Numbered from the stretch's first letter, positions 1 to 8,502 are shown. The stretch is 21,715 nt of DNA from Pseudomonadota bacterium (GCA_043767805.1 JAYUGC010000173.1:1-21715); one strand, 5' to 3'. Notes: a model not told the origin generated them from the letters alone. Program-made: numbers and translations.

Positions 1-756
1 TCGAAGGCCCATGGCCTGGTGACGCCGCTCCTCCATTATTTGCGGATGTGGGACGCGGTCAGCAGTAACCGGGTCGATCGGTTCGTTTGCCTTTCGCATT
101 GGATTCAGGGACGGATTCAAAAGGTGTATCGGCGGGAAAGCGACGTCGTTTATCCTTTCGTCGATACCGAGAAGTTTCGCCGCGATCTTTGCGTCCCGCC
201 GGGCGACTACTACCTAACCGCGGGCGCCTTCGCGCCCTACAAGAAAGTCGGCTTGGCCATCGAGGCATGTAACCGCCTCGGCCGTCCCCTTTGGGTAGTG
301 GGAAGCGGGCAGGACGCGAAACATCTGAAGCGGCTTGCCGGTCCTACGGTGAAATTCCTCGGCAATGTTTCCGATGAGGAGCTGCGGGGCGCTTACTCGG
401 GCGCACGTGCGTTTCTTTTCCCGGGTGAAGAAGATTTCGGTATCACGCCGCTGGAGTCCCTGGCTTGCGGCACTCCCGTCATTGCGTATGATTCCGGCGG
501 AGCCACCGAGACGATGATCGACGGCGTGACGGGTCTGCTTTTCTCGCCGCAAACGGTGGACGGTCTTTGCGACGCAATGGTGGATTTCGAGCGGAACCGC
601 CCGGTTTTCACGCCTGAGGCGTGCCGCCGCCAAGCCGAGAAATTCACGAAAGATAATTTCAAGCGGGGCATGGTCCGCATCATCAACGAGCTCCATCAAA
701 CTCGCCTCGCCCCACGCTCGCCCGACCTAAAAGTCCCCCCACAGCTAAATAGCTAA
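1..756 (+). CDS. Glycosyltransferase family 4 (GT-B), 5'-truncated by window edge
   Basis: Frame is open from position 1. Contains EDFGITPLESLACGTPVIA (E-x7-E motif of GT4), plus YKKVGLAIEAC and VVGSG segments typical of RfaB/WbaZ-like enzymes. Confidence 0.9.
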   Translation, partial: SKAHGLVTPLLHYLRMWDAVSSNRVDRFVCLSHWIQGRIQKVYRRESDVVYPFVDTEKFRRDLCVPPGDYYLTAGAFAPYKKVGLAIEACNRLGRPLWVVGSGQDAKHLKRLAGPTVKFLGNVSDEELRGAYSGARAFLFPGEEDFGITPLESLACGTPVIAYDSGGATETMIDGVTGLLFSPQTVDGLCDAMVDFERNRPVFTPEACRRQAEKFTKDNFKRGMVRIINELHQTRLAPRSPDLKVPPQLNS

Positions 757-770
757 AAGGTACCTTTTAG
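753..770. repeat. Perfect 18-bp palindrome CTAAAAGGTACCTTTTAG at a convergent gene junction
   Basis: Read directly. Contains the TAA of GT4 (754-756) and the minus-strand TAA of GT9 (767-769). Arms match the ends of the 21406-21494 inverted repeat. Confidence 0.8.
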
Positions 771-2011
771 ACGTCGAGACGCGCTTCGGGCGCGATGAAA
801 GTGTGCGGAAGGAAAACCGGGCGTGACTTCCATTGCTCGTCGAAGAACGACTCGATGCCGCTCGCGATGCGATCGGGGGTCAGCTCCGTCAGACACTTCA
901 CTCCGTAGCCCGGGCAGAAGCGAAGATGGCACGGCGTGCAAGCCGTCTCCAAGCTCAAAAGCAAAGTTTTACCGACAGGACCCCATTCGGAAGCCAGCGA
1001 ATGTCCGCTCAAGATCGTGACCGTCGGAACGCCGAGCGCCGCCGCCCAATGCGCGGGGCCGCTGAGATTTCCCAGAACGCCCGCCGCTCGCGAGAGGAAA
1101 TAGCCGGACTGACCTAAGGATAGCTTTCCTTGGAGTTGCCGATGTGCCGGAACTCCTGCCATCTTCTCGTCGCTGGCGCCGCCAATGAGATAGCAAGGAA
1201 GGGCGTAGGTCTTTTCCATCCGCGCGATGAGCTCGGGCCAATAGGGATAGCGGCGAGTCTCGAAGTTCGCGAAAGGATGCACTACGAGATAGCGAGCAGG
1301 CGGCTCGGAGCCAAAGGCGATGGAGTCCGCGCGGCGATCGGCTTCCGTCCACTGAAAGGTGGGAAACCGCACGTCCGACGGCCTGTACTTCTCACCCGTC
1401 ACGAAACCAGCGATCTCCAGCATTTGCAAAGTCTGATGGCCACGCTGCTCTCCCCATTGAGAGACGGGGGCGGCCGCGATGGATTTTGACTTGAGCCGCG
1501 GATCCAGCGGGTGCACCTGGGTGCGCGCTGGAATTTTCAAAAACTCTTTGAAGTAAGCCGGGTAAGTCCGCAAGAAGATCGAAACGTCGAACGGTTCCTT
1601 GGGCAACTCGGCGCGCGCGGCTTTAACGGAGAAAGAACGAAACCTAAGGGCGTAAGCCTTCACGTCGACGGCGACCACTTGATCGAACCAACCGGTGCGA
1701 TCGAAAACGACGCGGGTCGCCTTTTGGCAAAGCACCGTGAAACGGGCGTTGGGAAACTTCGCTTTCAAGCGGCCGATGGCGGGGAGCGCCAGCAGCGCGT
1801 CGCCCAGGTCGTCCGGCTTAAAGATGAGGACCGATCGCACTTCACTTACCGCGGGAACCGGGCGGTACACCCGTTCTCCATAAAGGCCTTGGGAGTCGGC
1901 ACCCATGCCTTGGGCTCTCAGGCGTAAGTCTTCATAATCGGAGAGATAATAGCGGCGCTCCACGGACTTCATCCATTGAAGGAACCGCTCCAAATACCTT
2001 TGCCGACGCAT
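767..2011 (-). CDS. Glycosyltransferase family 9 (ADP-heptose:LPS heptosyltransferase-like)
   Basis: LIFKPDDLGDALLALPAI, GNLSGPAHWAAALGVPTV and C-terminal CTPC...C...C motifs are typical of WaaF/WaaQ-like GT9. Confidence 0.88.
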   Translation of the reverse strand: MRRQRYLERFLQWMKSVERRYYLSDYEDLRLRAQGMGADSQGLYGERVYRPVPAVSEVRSVLIFKPDDLGDALLALPAIGRLKAKFPNARFTVLCQKATRVVFDRTGWFDQVVAVDVKAYALRFRSFSVKAARAELPKEPFDVSIFLRTYPAYFKEFLKIPARTQVHPLDPRLKSKSIAAAPVSQWGEQRGHQTLQMLEIAGFVTGEKYRPSDVRFPTFQWTEADRRADSIAFGSEPPARYLVVHPFANFETRRYPYWPELIARMEKTYALPCYLIGGASDEKMAGVPAHRQLQGKLSLGQSGYFLSRAAGVLGNLSGPAHWAAALGVPTVTILSGHSLASEWGPVGKTLLLSLETACTPCHLRFCPGYGVKCLTELTPDRIASGIESFFDEQWKSRPVFLPHTFIAPEARLDV

Positions 2012-2132
2012 GGCCGGGTTGTACCACGAAAATCGCGGACGGCGTTAACGGGCGCTGCGCTCTTGGACCCACCGCGCCTTCCTTAGAAGAGAAGCCCTGT
2101 TACCCTTACTCTATAAAGGTAGGAGGAACTTC

Positions 2133-2627
2133 ATGAAGCTCATCTCTTGGCTCGCGGCTCTAGGTTTGGCTTTCCCGGTTTTCGGCGCTTTGAACGTAGG
2201 CGATCCGACACCCAATCTCTGCTACCTCGACATGGCGGATAACCAAGTCTGCGTCGATCAGATGAAGGGCGCGCTAGTGGTCCTCGTGTACAGCACGGGT
2301 TGGTGCCCTGCTTGTAACGACGAGATGAAAGAGCTCGCGCCTCGCGTGAAGGAATTCCAGGGTAAGCCAGTGGTTTTCATCAGCCTCTCTTCTCAAGGCG
2401 ATGGCCACGGCAGCGAGCCCGACAAAGCTTTCTTGGAGAAGTGGCAGAAGAAGTACAACATCCCGTTCACGGTGGCGGCTTCGCCGAAGGACGCGGGAAA
2501 ATCCTACTTCGATCCGCCGTTCTACATTCCGGCGACCGTCGTTCTCGGCAAGGACGGAAAGCTGCTCGCGAAAGAACAGGGCATGGAAGTCGACGCCCTC
2601 TTCGCTTTGCTGAAGAAGAATCTCTAG
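2133..2627 (+). CDS. TlpA/ResA-like thiol-disulfide oxidoreductase (redoxin), exported
   Basis: Signal peptide, VGDPTP, WCPAC (CxxC) and cis-Pro YIP motif. Strong RBS AGGAGG upstream. Confidence 0.85.
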   Translation: MKLISWLAALGLAFPVFGALNVGDPTPNLCYLDMADNQVCVDQMKGALVVLVYSTGWCPACNDEMKELAPRVKEFQGKPVVFISLSSQGDGHGSEPDKAFLEKWQKKYNIPFTVAASPKDAGKSYFDPPFYIPATVVLGKDGKLLAKEQGMEVDALFALLKKNL

Positions 2628-2660
2628 TCTCTTAAAAGGTACCAGGGTCGCGTCTGAGAT

Positions 2661-3455
2661 TTAGATTTGCATTTCGATGCCCAGGGAGTGGGCGGTGTAG
2701 TTGCGCAGGAAGAACTGGCCGCGAGGATCGGCGCCGGTGAAGTACGCGTAGAAGAAGCGGAAGCTTCTAAACGCCATCGGCGGATTATTCATCGCGAGCC
2801 CGAGTTGGAGACTGAGCGAGGGATTCGTGGGGCTCTCGCCTCTCCACTTCAAGTCCCCCGCGACGAACGGCACGAGCTTATTGTTGCCCCACGCAATGAA
2901 GTAACTTCCGCCGAGCTGCCAGCCGGCGCGAGGCACGACGGGGATCGTGTGCGCGAGATAATGCAGGCCCGCGTACACCTGCGCGTGTCCCGACGGAGCG
3001 TACGCAAAACGAAGGCTCGCCGTTTCCCGGCTAAAAGGAATCGCGCCGACCGCGGCCGCACCGTCGGAGAGATGCGCGGAAATATGTGTGAAGCGGAACT
3101 GCGTCTGAAAGGGACCCGAGTCCCCTTCGATATAGATTCCGATTAGGCCGTCCGTGGTCTCCAAAGGAAAGCGGCTTCCCTCGCTGCGCATGGTGAAGTA
3201 ACCCGCGCCTTCGAGGCCGAAGTGGATGCGCCAGTTGGGATCATGCACCGGCTGAAAGCCCAGGATGGAAAAGTAATTTCCCACGGAGGCATGCATGTGG
3301 GAATCGCCCTCGAAGCCGAGCGCGAGACGAATCTCTCTCGGGTCGGCGAAGGTCGGCCGAAAGGGACGGCCCGAGGGAAGGAGCTCGATACCCACCTCCG
3401 CGCCGCGACCGAACACGCACACGAATGCCGCAAGCAGCAGTAGAAAAGATTTCAT
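2661..3455 (-). CDS. DUF1207-like outer-membrane beta-barrel protein
   Basis: Signal peptide, FRPTFADPRE, RFTHISAHLSD and PRGQFF segments resemble DUF1207. Alternating hydrophobic strands. Confidence 0.6.
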   Translation of the reverse strand: MKSFLLLLAAFVCVFGRGAEVGIELLPSGRPFRPTFADPREIRLALGFEGDSHMHASVGNYFSILGFQPVHDPNWRIHFGLEGAGYFTMRSEGSRFPLETTDGLIGIYIEGDSGPFQTQFRFTHISAHLSDGAAAVGAIPFSRETASLRFAYAPSGHAQVYAGLHYLAHTIPVVPRAGWQLGGSYFIAWGNNKLVPFVAGDLKWRGESPTNPSLSLQLGLAMNNPPMAFRSFRFFYAYFTGADPRGQFFLRNYTAHSLGIEMQI

Positions 3456-3478
3456 GGAAGTTGGGGAAGCAGGAGAGG

Positions 3479-4297
3479 TTAAAGAAGGAACATGGTGCCG
3501 AGCAAATGCTCGGTTTTCTTGGATGAGTCCGCGGAAACTTCCACGGAGTAGTGGAACGAAACCTTAGGCGCGAGGAAGCTGATGCCCCCCGACCAGAAAG
3601 ACTGGTGGCGATCTGGCTGGACGCGGTAACCGCCCTTCACGCTGAAAAAGTATTGGGAGATGTACTCCATGCCGAAGCCGTACTGATAAGGCTTGAAGCC
3701 CTTCATTTCACCGAGGGTAGCCGCGTTCAAAATGAGCGTGTTCTGAATATTGAACGAAGCGCCGAAACCCCATTCGGGCAGCTGATTCAAAGCCGCATTG
3801 CCACCGAAGAGATTGCGCATGGTAAAACCAAGGTGCACTGGCGTGAGCTCCACGAGCAAGCCGCCGTCCACGTCTTTGAAACTGGTCTTGTTGCCCGCCG
3901 CATCCGGACCCCAAAGCGCCTTACCTGAAAAACCGAGGCCGATGTAATCGGTCATCTTTCCCACAAGGGCGAGCTTCGCGCCCTGCACGGGATCGGACTG
4001 GCCTTCGTCAAGACGGCGGAAATAGCCCAAGCCCGCCCCAATGGCGGAGCTCTTCGTATCGAGAACGGAAGCGGCGAAGGTCTTGGGCAATCCGTACACG
4101 CCTTCGACCGTATAAACCTGGGTGAAAGCGCTGCCGGCGGGGTTGGAATAGAGGCTGTCGTTCAGCTGGCTGGAGCCCACCAGAGACTGGCCCTGCGCCC
4201 GCTCCTGAATCGGCACGAACTCGTGCCCCGCGTATACCGGGAGTGCTCCCCCCATCAAACCGCCGAGCATGACTATAACTAGCGCCAAACGCTTCAT
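3479..4297 (-). CDS. Hypothetical exported protein, probable outer-membrane beta-barrel
   Basis: Signal peptide, SLYSNPAG motif near the N-terminus, many Gly/aromatic amphipathic strands. RBS AAGGAG upstream. Lies 23 bp upstream of the DUF1207-like gene (probable operon). Confidence 0.65.
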   Translation of the reverse strand: MKRLALVIVMLGGLMGGALPVYAGHEFVPIQERAQGQSLVGSSQLNDSLYSNPAGSAFTQVYTVEGVYGLPKTFAASVLDTKSSAIGAGLGYFRRLDEGQSDPVQGAKLALVGKMTDYIGLGFSGKALWGPDAAGNKTSFKDVDGGLLVELTPVHLGFTMRNLFGGNAALNQLPEWGFGASFNIQNTLILNAATLGEMKGFKPYQYGFGMEYISQYFFSVKGGYRVQPDRHQSFWSGGISFLAPKVSFHYSVEVSADSSKKTEHLLGTMFLL

Positions 4298-4452
4298 GGA
4301 GCGCTCCTTACCATAGATCGGATTGTGCCTGAAAGCTTAGACGCGCGCGTAAATGCGGCTGTGACCTGTTCTTCCACTGTACAAGCTATCTACCCAAAAA
4401 TAAAGGCGCCTCGGGACAGTGCGATCTGTGCCCCAAGAGCATACAGACACTG

Positions 4453-4472
4453 GCTTTACACCGCTTTACACC
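4453..4472. repeat. 10-bp tandem direct repeat GCTTTACACC x2, possible regulator site
   Basis: Read directly. Ends 20 bp upstream of a sigma-54 -24 box in a divergent intergenic region. Confidence 0.5.
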
Positions 4473-4492
4473 CAACCGCGTCCAAAGCGCCG

Positions 4493-4508
4493 TGGCATAC
4501 CCCTTGCT
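4493..4508 (+). promoter_or_regulatory. Sigma-54 (-24/-12) promoter for the Gly/Tyr-rich protein gene
   Basis: TGGCATACCCCTTGCT has GG-N10-GC spacing matching TGGCACG-N4-TTGCW, about 70 bp upstream of the start. Confidence 0.7.
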
Positions 4509-4577
4509 TTGTACCGGCGTAGGGCCTCGGTGCCCGTGTGGTTTTAGCTCGTTAGCGGATGCGGATGTGGAGCGTTT

Positions 4578-5639
4578 GTGAAGATGTGGAAGCAAATTTT
4601 TTCTTGTCTCGGAATTATCGCGGCTCTTGCCGTCTCGACCCCGAGTTTCGCTGATTTCGATTTCAGCTTCGGTGGCGGCTATGGAGGCGGCGGTGGTGGC
4701 GGATATAGTTACGGTGGCGGCGGTGACGCGTACGGCGGCTTGTACAACACCGGCGGCTATAACCTTCTGAATTTCGGTACCAGCATGTACGACACCTCGA
4801 GCTACCTCTCGAGCAACTACGGCTACGATTCTTCTTCTTACGGCGGAGGCTGCGGTTCTTTCTATAGCAGCTGCTCCGGCGGTTACAGCTCGGCCGGTCT
4901 TTACGGCAGTGATTACGGAATGTCGCCCTACCTCTACGGCGGCTCGGGCTCGTCGGGCATCAGCATCGACATCAACATCAATATTCTTTCCGGTCTCCTC
5001 GGCGGCATGGGCGGCAATAGCTGCAACGTTTGCTCCGGTGGGCTCGGCGGTTACGGCAGCATGGGCGGCTATGGCGGTTACGGCGGACTTTACGGCGATG
5101 TGGGTTGTTCCATCGGCTATTGCTCCGGTGGCTCGAGCCAGATGCCTTATGTGATGCCCGGCTATCCGTACTACGGCGGCAACAACAATTATTACGACAC
5201 CACCTACGGCAATTATTACGGCTACAACAACAATCAGTACAACTACGGCACCCCCGGCAGCTACATCGATATCAACATCCAGAACCCCTGGACGCCGTAT
5301 CAGCCTCCGGTTTACACGCCTCCGTACAACGGTTGCGGCATCGGCACGTACACTTGTCCCTCGGGACCGGTCACGCGCATCGATCCTCCCATTTATTATC
5401 CTCCGACGTATACGCCTCCGACGACGTATCCGCCGGTCAACGTGCCTCCGCGCGTTGTGCCCCCGTCGCATGACCCGGGAATTCCGGGCGTGCCTTTGAC
5501 GCCGTACTATCCGCCGACGTACGTGCCCCCGACGTACACGCCGGTACCGACCCCGGTTCCTCAGAACCCGGTGTCGAACCCGAAATATGTGCCCACGCCT
5601 CCCACGCGGTTTCAGATTCCGCGCGGAGCGAAAAGATGA
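4578..5639 (+). CDS. Secreted low-complexity protein (Gly/Tyr/Ser/Asn-rich with Cys pairs, then Pro/Thr/Tyr-rich tail)
   Basis: 353-aa ORF with signal peptide (...AVSTPSFA/DF) and GGAG RBS before the GTG (alternative ATG at 4584). Third codon positions are consistently C/T (GGC, TAC). Confidence 0.8.
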   Translation: MKMWKQIFSCLGIIAALAVSTPSFADFDFSFGGGYGGGGGGGYSYGGGGDAYGGLYNTGGYNLLNFGTSMYDTSSYLSSNYGYDSSSYGGGCGSFYSSCSGGYSSAGLYGSDYGMSPYLYGGSGSSGISIDININILSGLLGGMGGNSCNVCSGGLGGYGSMGGYGGYGGLYGDVGCSIGYCSGGSSQMPYVMPGYPYYGGNNNYYDTTYGNYYGYNNNQYNYGTPGSYIDINIQNPWTPYQPPVYTPPYNGCGIGTYTCPSGPVTRIDPPIYYPPTYTPPTTYPPVNVPPRVVPPSHDPGIPGVPLTPYYPPTYVPPTYTPVPTPVPQNPVSNPKYVPTPPTRFQIPRGAKR

Positions 5640-5657
5640 CGAGGCTTGGGTAGAAAA

Positions 5658-5819
5658 AAGAGCTTCGTAGAGCGAGCAACAGAGATACGAAGGGTCGGCC
5701 TCTGAACGACTCGCCTCCTCCCCCTATATGTGGCCCCGAAACACACATATCTTGTCGGGCGGAGGCCGACCCTTCCCTTTCTCTGACCGCTTCAAAAAAT
5801 TCAAACATTTCAAGCTCTT
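5658..5819. ncRNA. Candidate structured RNA element (nested long stem-loop) between the Gly/Tyr-rich gene and dksA
   Basis: Perfect 14-bp stem 5689-5702/5762-5775, plus helices 5707-5710/5754-5757, 5726-5732/5744-5750, 5680-5685/5780-5785 and 5658-5665/5812-5819. No family recognised. Confidence 0.35.
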
Positions 5820-5893
5820 CTGACTTGATTGACTTTGAACGCGTATTTTGCGAGATTTGGCTGTCTTTTTTCCCAAACAGGGTGGGTACCAGA

Positions 5894-6277
5894 ATGAAAA
5901 AAACGGATGTAGAGAAGCTCAAAGGGATGTTGGAGCAGCAGCTCAAGATTTTGCAGGCGGATGCCGGCAACCTCAATGCGGTCACGAATTCCGCCGCACT
6001 CGCGGACGTGAATGACCAAGCCAGCCTCGAGTCCGAGCGTTCTTTCGAGCTTCGGATTAAAGACCGGGAGCGCAAGCTCATCGGGAAAGTTCAGGATGCT
6101 CTCCGCAAGATGGCGGACGGCAGCTATGGAACGTGCGAGTCCTGCGGAGAAGCCATCTCCGTGAAGCGGCTCCAGGCGCGCCCTGTAACCACCTATTGCA
6201 TCAACTGCAAGGCGGAGCAGGAAGCCGAAGAGAAGCGGGAAGAAGTTCTCGCTCAGTCTTCCGAACGCGCTCTGTAA
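5894..6277 (+). CDS. dksA: RNA polymerase-binding transcription factor DksA
   Basis: Coiled-coil tip DVNDQA (DxxDxA), RIKDRERKLI, and zinc finger CESC...RLQARP..CINC. ATG at 5894 preferred over TTG at 5825. Confidence 0.93.
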   Translation: MKKTDVEKLKGMLEQQLKILQADAGNLNAVTNSAALADVNDQASLESERSFELRIKDRERKLIGKVQDALRKMADGSYGTCESCGEAISVKRLQARPVTTYCINCKAEQEAEEKREEVLAQSSERAL

Positions 6278-6318
6278 GAGCCTTTCGCTCTTATCTAAGT
6301 ATATTCTATCGACGATTT

Positions 6319-6357
6319 GCTACGCCCGCGGGATTCTCCCGCGGGCGTAGCCATTTT
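6319..6357 (+). terminator. Probable intrinsic terminator after dksA
   Basis: Perfect 15-bp GC-rich stem GCTACGCCCGCGGGA-ttc-TCCCGCGGGCGTAGC followed by CATTTT. Confidence 0.65.
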
Positions 6358-6493
6358 ACGGCACGCCGCCTGAAACAAAACCTACCGACTGATCCGACGT
6401 CAGTGTAGTGCCGCCCAGCGCCTCTTTTGCTGGGCACTTTCCGCATACATCTCCGCAACTAGCTGATATCGCGAGAGCGGGTCCCCGTCCGCC

Positions 6494-6509
6494 TGGCACG
6501 GCCCGTGCT
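6494..6509 (+). promoter_or_regulatory. Sigma-54 (-24/-12) promoter for the metallopeptidase lipoprotein operon
   Basis: TGGCACGGCCCGTGCT has a perfect -24 box and GG-N10-GC spacing, about 30-50 bp before the likely starts. Confidence 0.65.
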
Positions 6510-6537
6510 TTGTAGTGCCTCCAGAAGGTTCTTGTTG

Positions 6538-7683
6538 ATGCGGATACGTGGGCTCATGTTGCGACGGCTGATTTGGAGCCTGGGGTTTTTCACCCTGGGT
6601 TGCTCCACCGATATTTTATCGGGACCCGTGAGCGTGGAAGTGATTCGCCCCGTGGCTGGCCAGAAGTGCCAGTACGTCGTCGCTCCCGCGACCCTCGTTA
6701 CCCTGTCCTCCCTCAGAACGATGACTGGCGCCTTGGGCGCCGTAGTCCACTCGGGCGAGAACGTGGGAGCCCGCCCCGACATTTTGGAAAAACAAGACGG
6801 CCTGGATACGGTCGACACCCAGTTCGCGAGCTCGGGCGGGACTTACTCGGCTTTGGATCTAGACTCGCTATACGCCGCGAGCCTCTATTTCGCGGTGGAG
6901 ACGGCGCACTTGACCATGTCTCGCCTCGATCCAGTGGCGGACATGCCCGCGACCGTTCCGGAGTTCGCCAAACGCACCCGTATCGTGCATGAAGCGAAAC
7001 GGACGTTCGGGGAGTACGGCAAGGATCCCGAAGTAACTGACAACGCGGAGTACTTCTCGAAACGTATCGGTACCGGCGCCGGCAGCTTCGTCCTGAACTA
7101 CCTTTTCTCCTATCCGACGGTGGCGGTTAAAGACATTCCCCTCGGACTCAACCTCGGCATCATGGCGCACGAGTACACCCATCTAGTGATGCGCCACCGT
7201 TTCTACGAGCCGGGCATTGTGAAAGACGTCGGCGTCGCCTCGGGTAAGCCGACCATGAACACACTGCAATCTCTCGACGAAGGCCTCGCCGATTACTTCG
7301 GTTTCATGGCGTCGGGCGATCCTTCCTTCTTCCTTTGCAGCTATCCCAACGAGAATCGCGATCTGAAAGTACCCAAAAGTTTCTCCGACGAAATCGTTAC
7401 GAGCATTGCAAGCGGTTCCAAGTTCGATTCCCACGAAGGAGGTGCCGTTTTCGCCGCCATCAATTACGAGATCGGCGCCAAAATCGGATTCGACATCAAT
7501 GGGACTTTTCTGATCCGTTTGATGAATGGACTACTCACCTGCTCGAGCACGACTTCGGGCACGAGCCTCTCCTTTAACTTCAAGGACGTAGCCACTTGCC
7601 AAGCGTCCCTCGCGGACTCGCGCTATCAGAGCGTCATTCGCGAGGTCTACAACGCCCGGCTGGGCAGCTACGGAGGCATCTGA
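6538..7683 (+). CDS. Putative lipoprotein zinc metallopeptidase (gluzincin, M4/M36-like)
   Basis: Lipobox-like FTLG/C, DNAEY, AHEYTH (HExxH) and SLDEGLADYFG (third-ligand ExxxD). Start is 6538 or 6556; the 6505 start overlaps the sigma-54 box. Confidence 0.7.
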   Translation: MRIRGLMLRRLIWSLGFFTLGCSTDILSGPVSVEVIRPVAGQKCQYVVAPATLVTLSSLRTMTGALGAVVHSGENVGARPDILEKQDGLDTVDTQFASSGGTYSALDLDSLYAASLYFAVETAHLTMSRLDPVADMPATVPEFAKRTRIVHEAKRTFGEYGKDPEVTDNAEYFSKRIGTGAGSFVLNYLFSYPTVAVKDIPLGLNLGIMAHEYTHLVMRHRFYEPGIVKDVGVASGKPTMNTLQSLDEGLADYFGFMASGDPSFFLCSYPNENRDLKVPKSFSDEIVTSIASGSKFDSHEGGAVFAAINYEIGAKIGFDINGTFLIRLMNGLLTCSSTTSGTSLSFNFKDVATCQASLADSRYQSVIREVYNARLGSYGGI

Positions 7684-8435
7684 TGCAATCCCGCTGGCTG
7701 ATACTTTTTTGTCTGATCTTTGCGTTCTTGGCCGAGGCGCACCCGAAGCTTCCTCTCATGCCCGAACGCGAGCCCGAAGTGCCCCTGACTTTGGATGAGT
7801 CTTTGGAAGCTCTGCCCTCCAAAGGGCGGTTTGCTTTTCTGAACTCCCAGGAAGATAAACGGCCGCGTTCGCGCGCGCCCAGCTACGCGCGCAGTTATAC
7901 TCCTGAGCATTCGAGCCGATCTTCCTTGCTCCTCGGCGTCGAAGTGGGAACCGTCGGCCGGGCGAACTCGACGAGCTCCGATGCGCTGGGCTTGAAACTT
8001 CTGATGGGAGGCCGCGCTTTCCTGATCCTGCCCGTCGCGCCTCGCTGGTATGTGAAGCCCTCTCTTGGATTTTTCTTCCGCAGGGAATCTGACGCCAAAG
8101 TCGGGATTACCGAGCACATGGCCGAAGGCGGCTTGAACGTTCAGTATGCCTTGAGCCAGGGCGGCGGCATGACCTGGCTCATTGGCGTCGTGAACCGGGT
8201 GGAAATGTCTTTCAGTAAGACTTCCATCTCCGCGCTAACCGCGTCCGCGGCGCCGGCCGATACCTCCGACTCGAGCGGGATGCTCCTGCGTTACCGTTTA
8301 GGCCCGTCTTTAGGCTTTACTCATCGTTTGACACCGACCATTGGCCTCATGATGGACGCCGAAGTCACCTTCTCGTTCACCAAGCCGGTGAAGCCCTATG
8401 GCGGAATCGTCGGCGGCTTGATCTTCCGCCTGTAG
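7683..8435 (+). CDS. Hypothetical outer-membrane beta-barrel protein
   Basis: ATG overlaps the upstream TGA (TGATG). Signal peptide MQSRWLILFCLIFAFLAEA, amphipathic strands, C-terminal GGLIFRL. Confidence 0.65.
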   Translation: MQSRWLILFCLIFAFLAEAHPKLPLMPEREPEVPLTLDESLEALPSKGRFAFLNSQEDKRPRSRAPSYARSYTPEHSSRSSLLLGVEVGTVGRANSTSSDALGLKLLMGGRAFLILPVAPRWYVKPSLGFFFRRESDAKVGITEHMAEGGLNVQYALSQGGGMTWLIGVVNRVEMSFSKTSISALTASAAPADTSDSSGMLLRYRLGPSLGFTHRLTPTIGLMMDAEVTFSFTKPVKPYGGIVGGLIFRL

Positions 8436-8445
8436 TCTCCCGCGC

Positions 8446-8480
8446 AAAAAACAGGGCGCCCTCCCGAAGGAGAGCGCCCT
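8446..8480 (-). terminator. Intrinsic terminator of the HU gene
   Basis: Minus strand AGGGCGCTCTCC-TTCG-GGAGGGCGCCCT-GTTTTTT: cUUCGg tetraloop stem plus U tract. Confidence 0.85.
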
Positions 8481-8502
8481 CAAAGTCAGACTTGCAAAAA
8501 CT

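Noticed and set aside
4386..5471. 361-aa minus-strand ORF
   Set aside because: Antisense shadow of the low-complexity GGC/TAC-rich gene. The Ala/Val/Arg composition is what the reverse complement predicts.
5825..5893. N-terminal extension of DksA from TTG 5825
   Set aside because: The extension is unlike DksA and lies in AT-rich promoter-like DNA. ATG 5894 gives the normal length.
5437..6081. 214-aa minus-strand ORF across dksA and the intergenic structure
   Set aside because: Overlaps two better-supported genes on the opposite strand and has no motifs.
7596..7682. Longer start for the barrel ORF
   Set aside because: Overlaps the peptidase gene. The signal peptide begins at the coupled ATG 7683.
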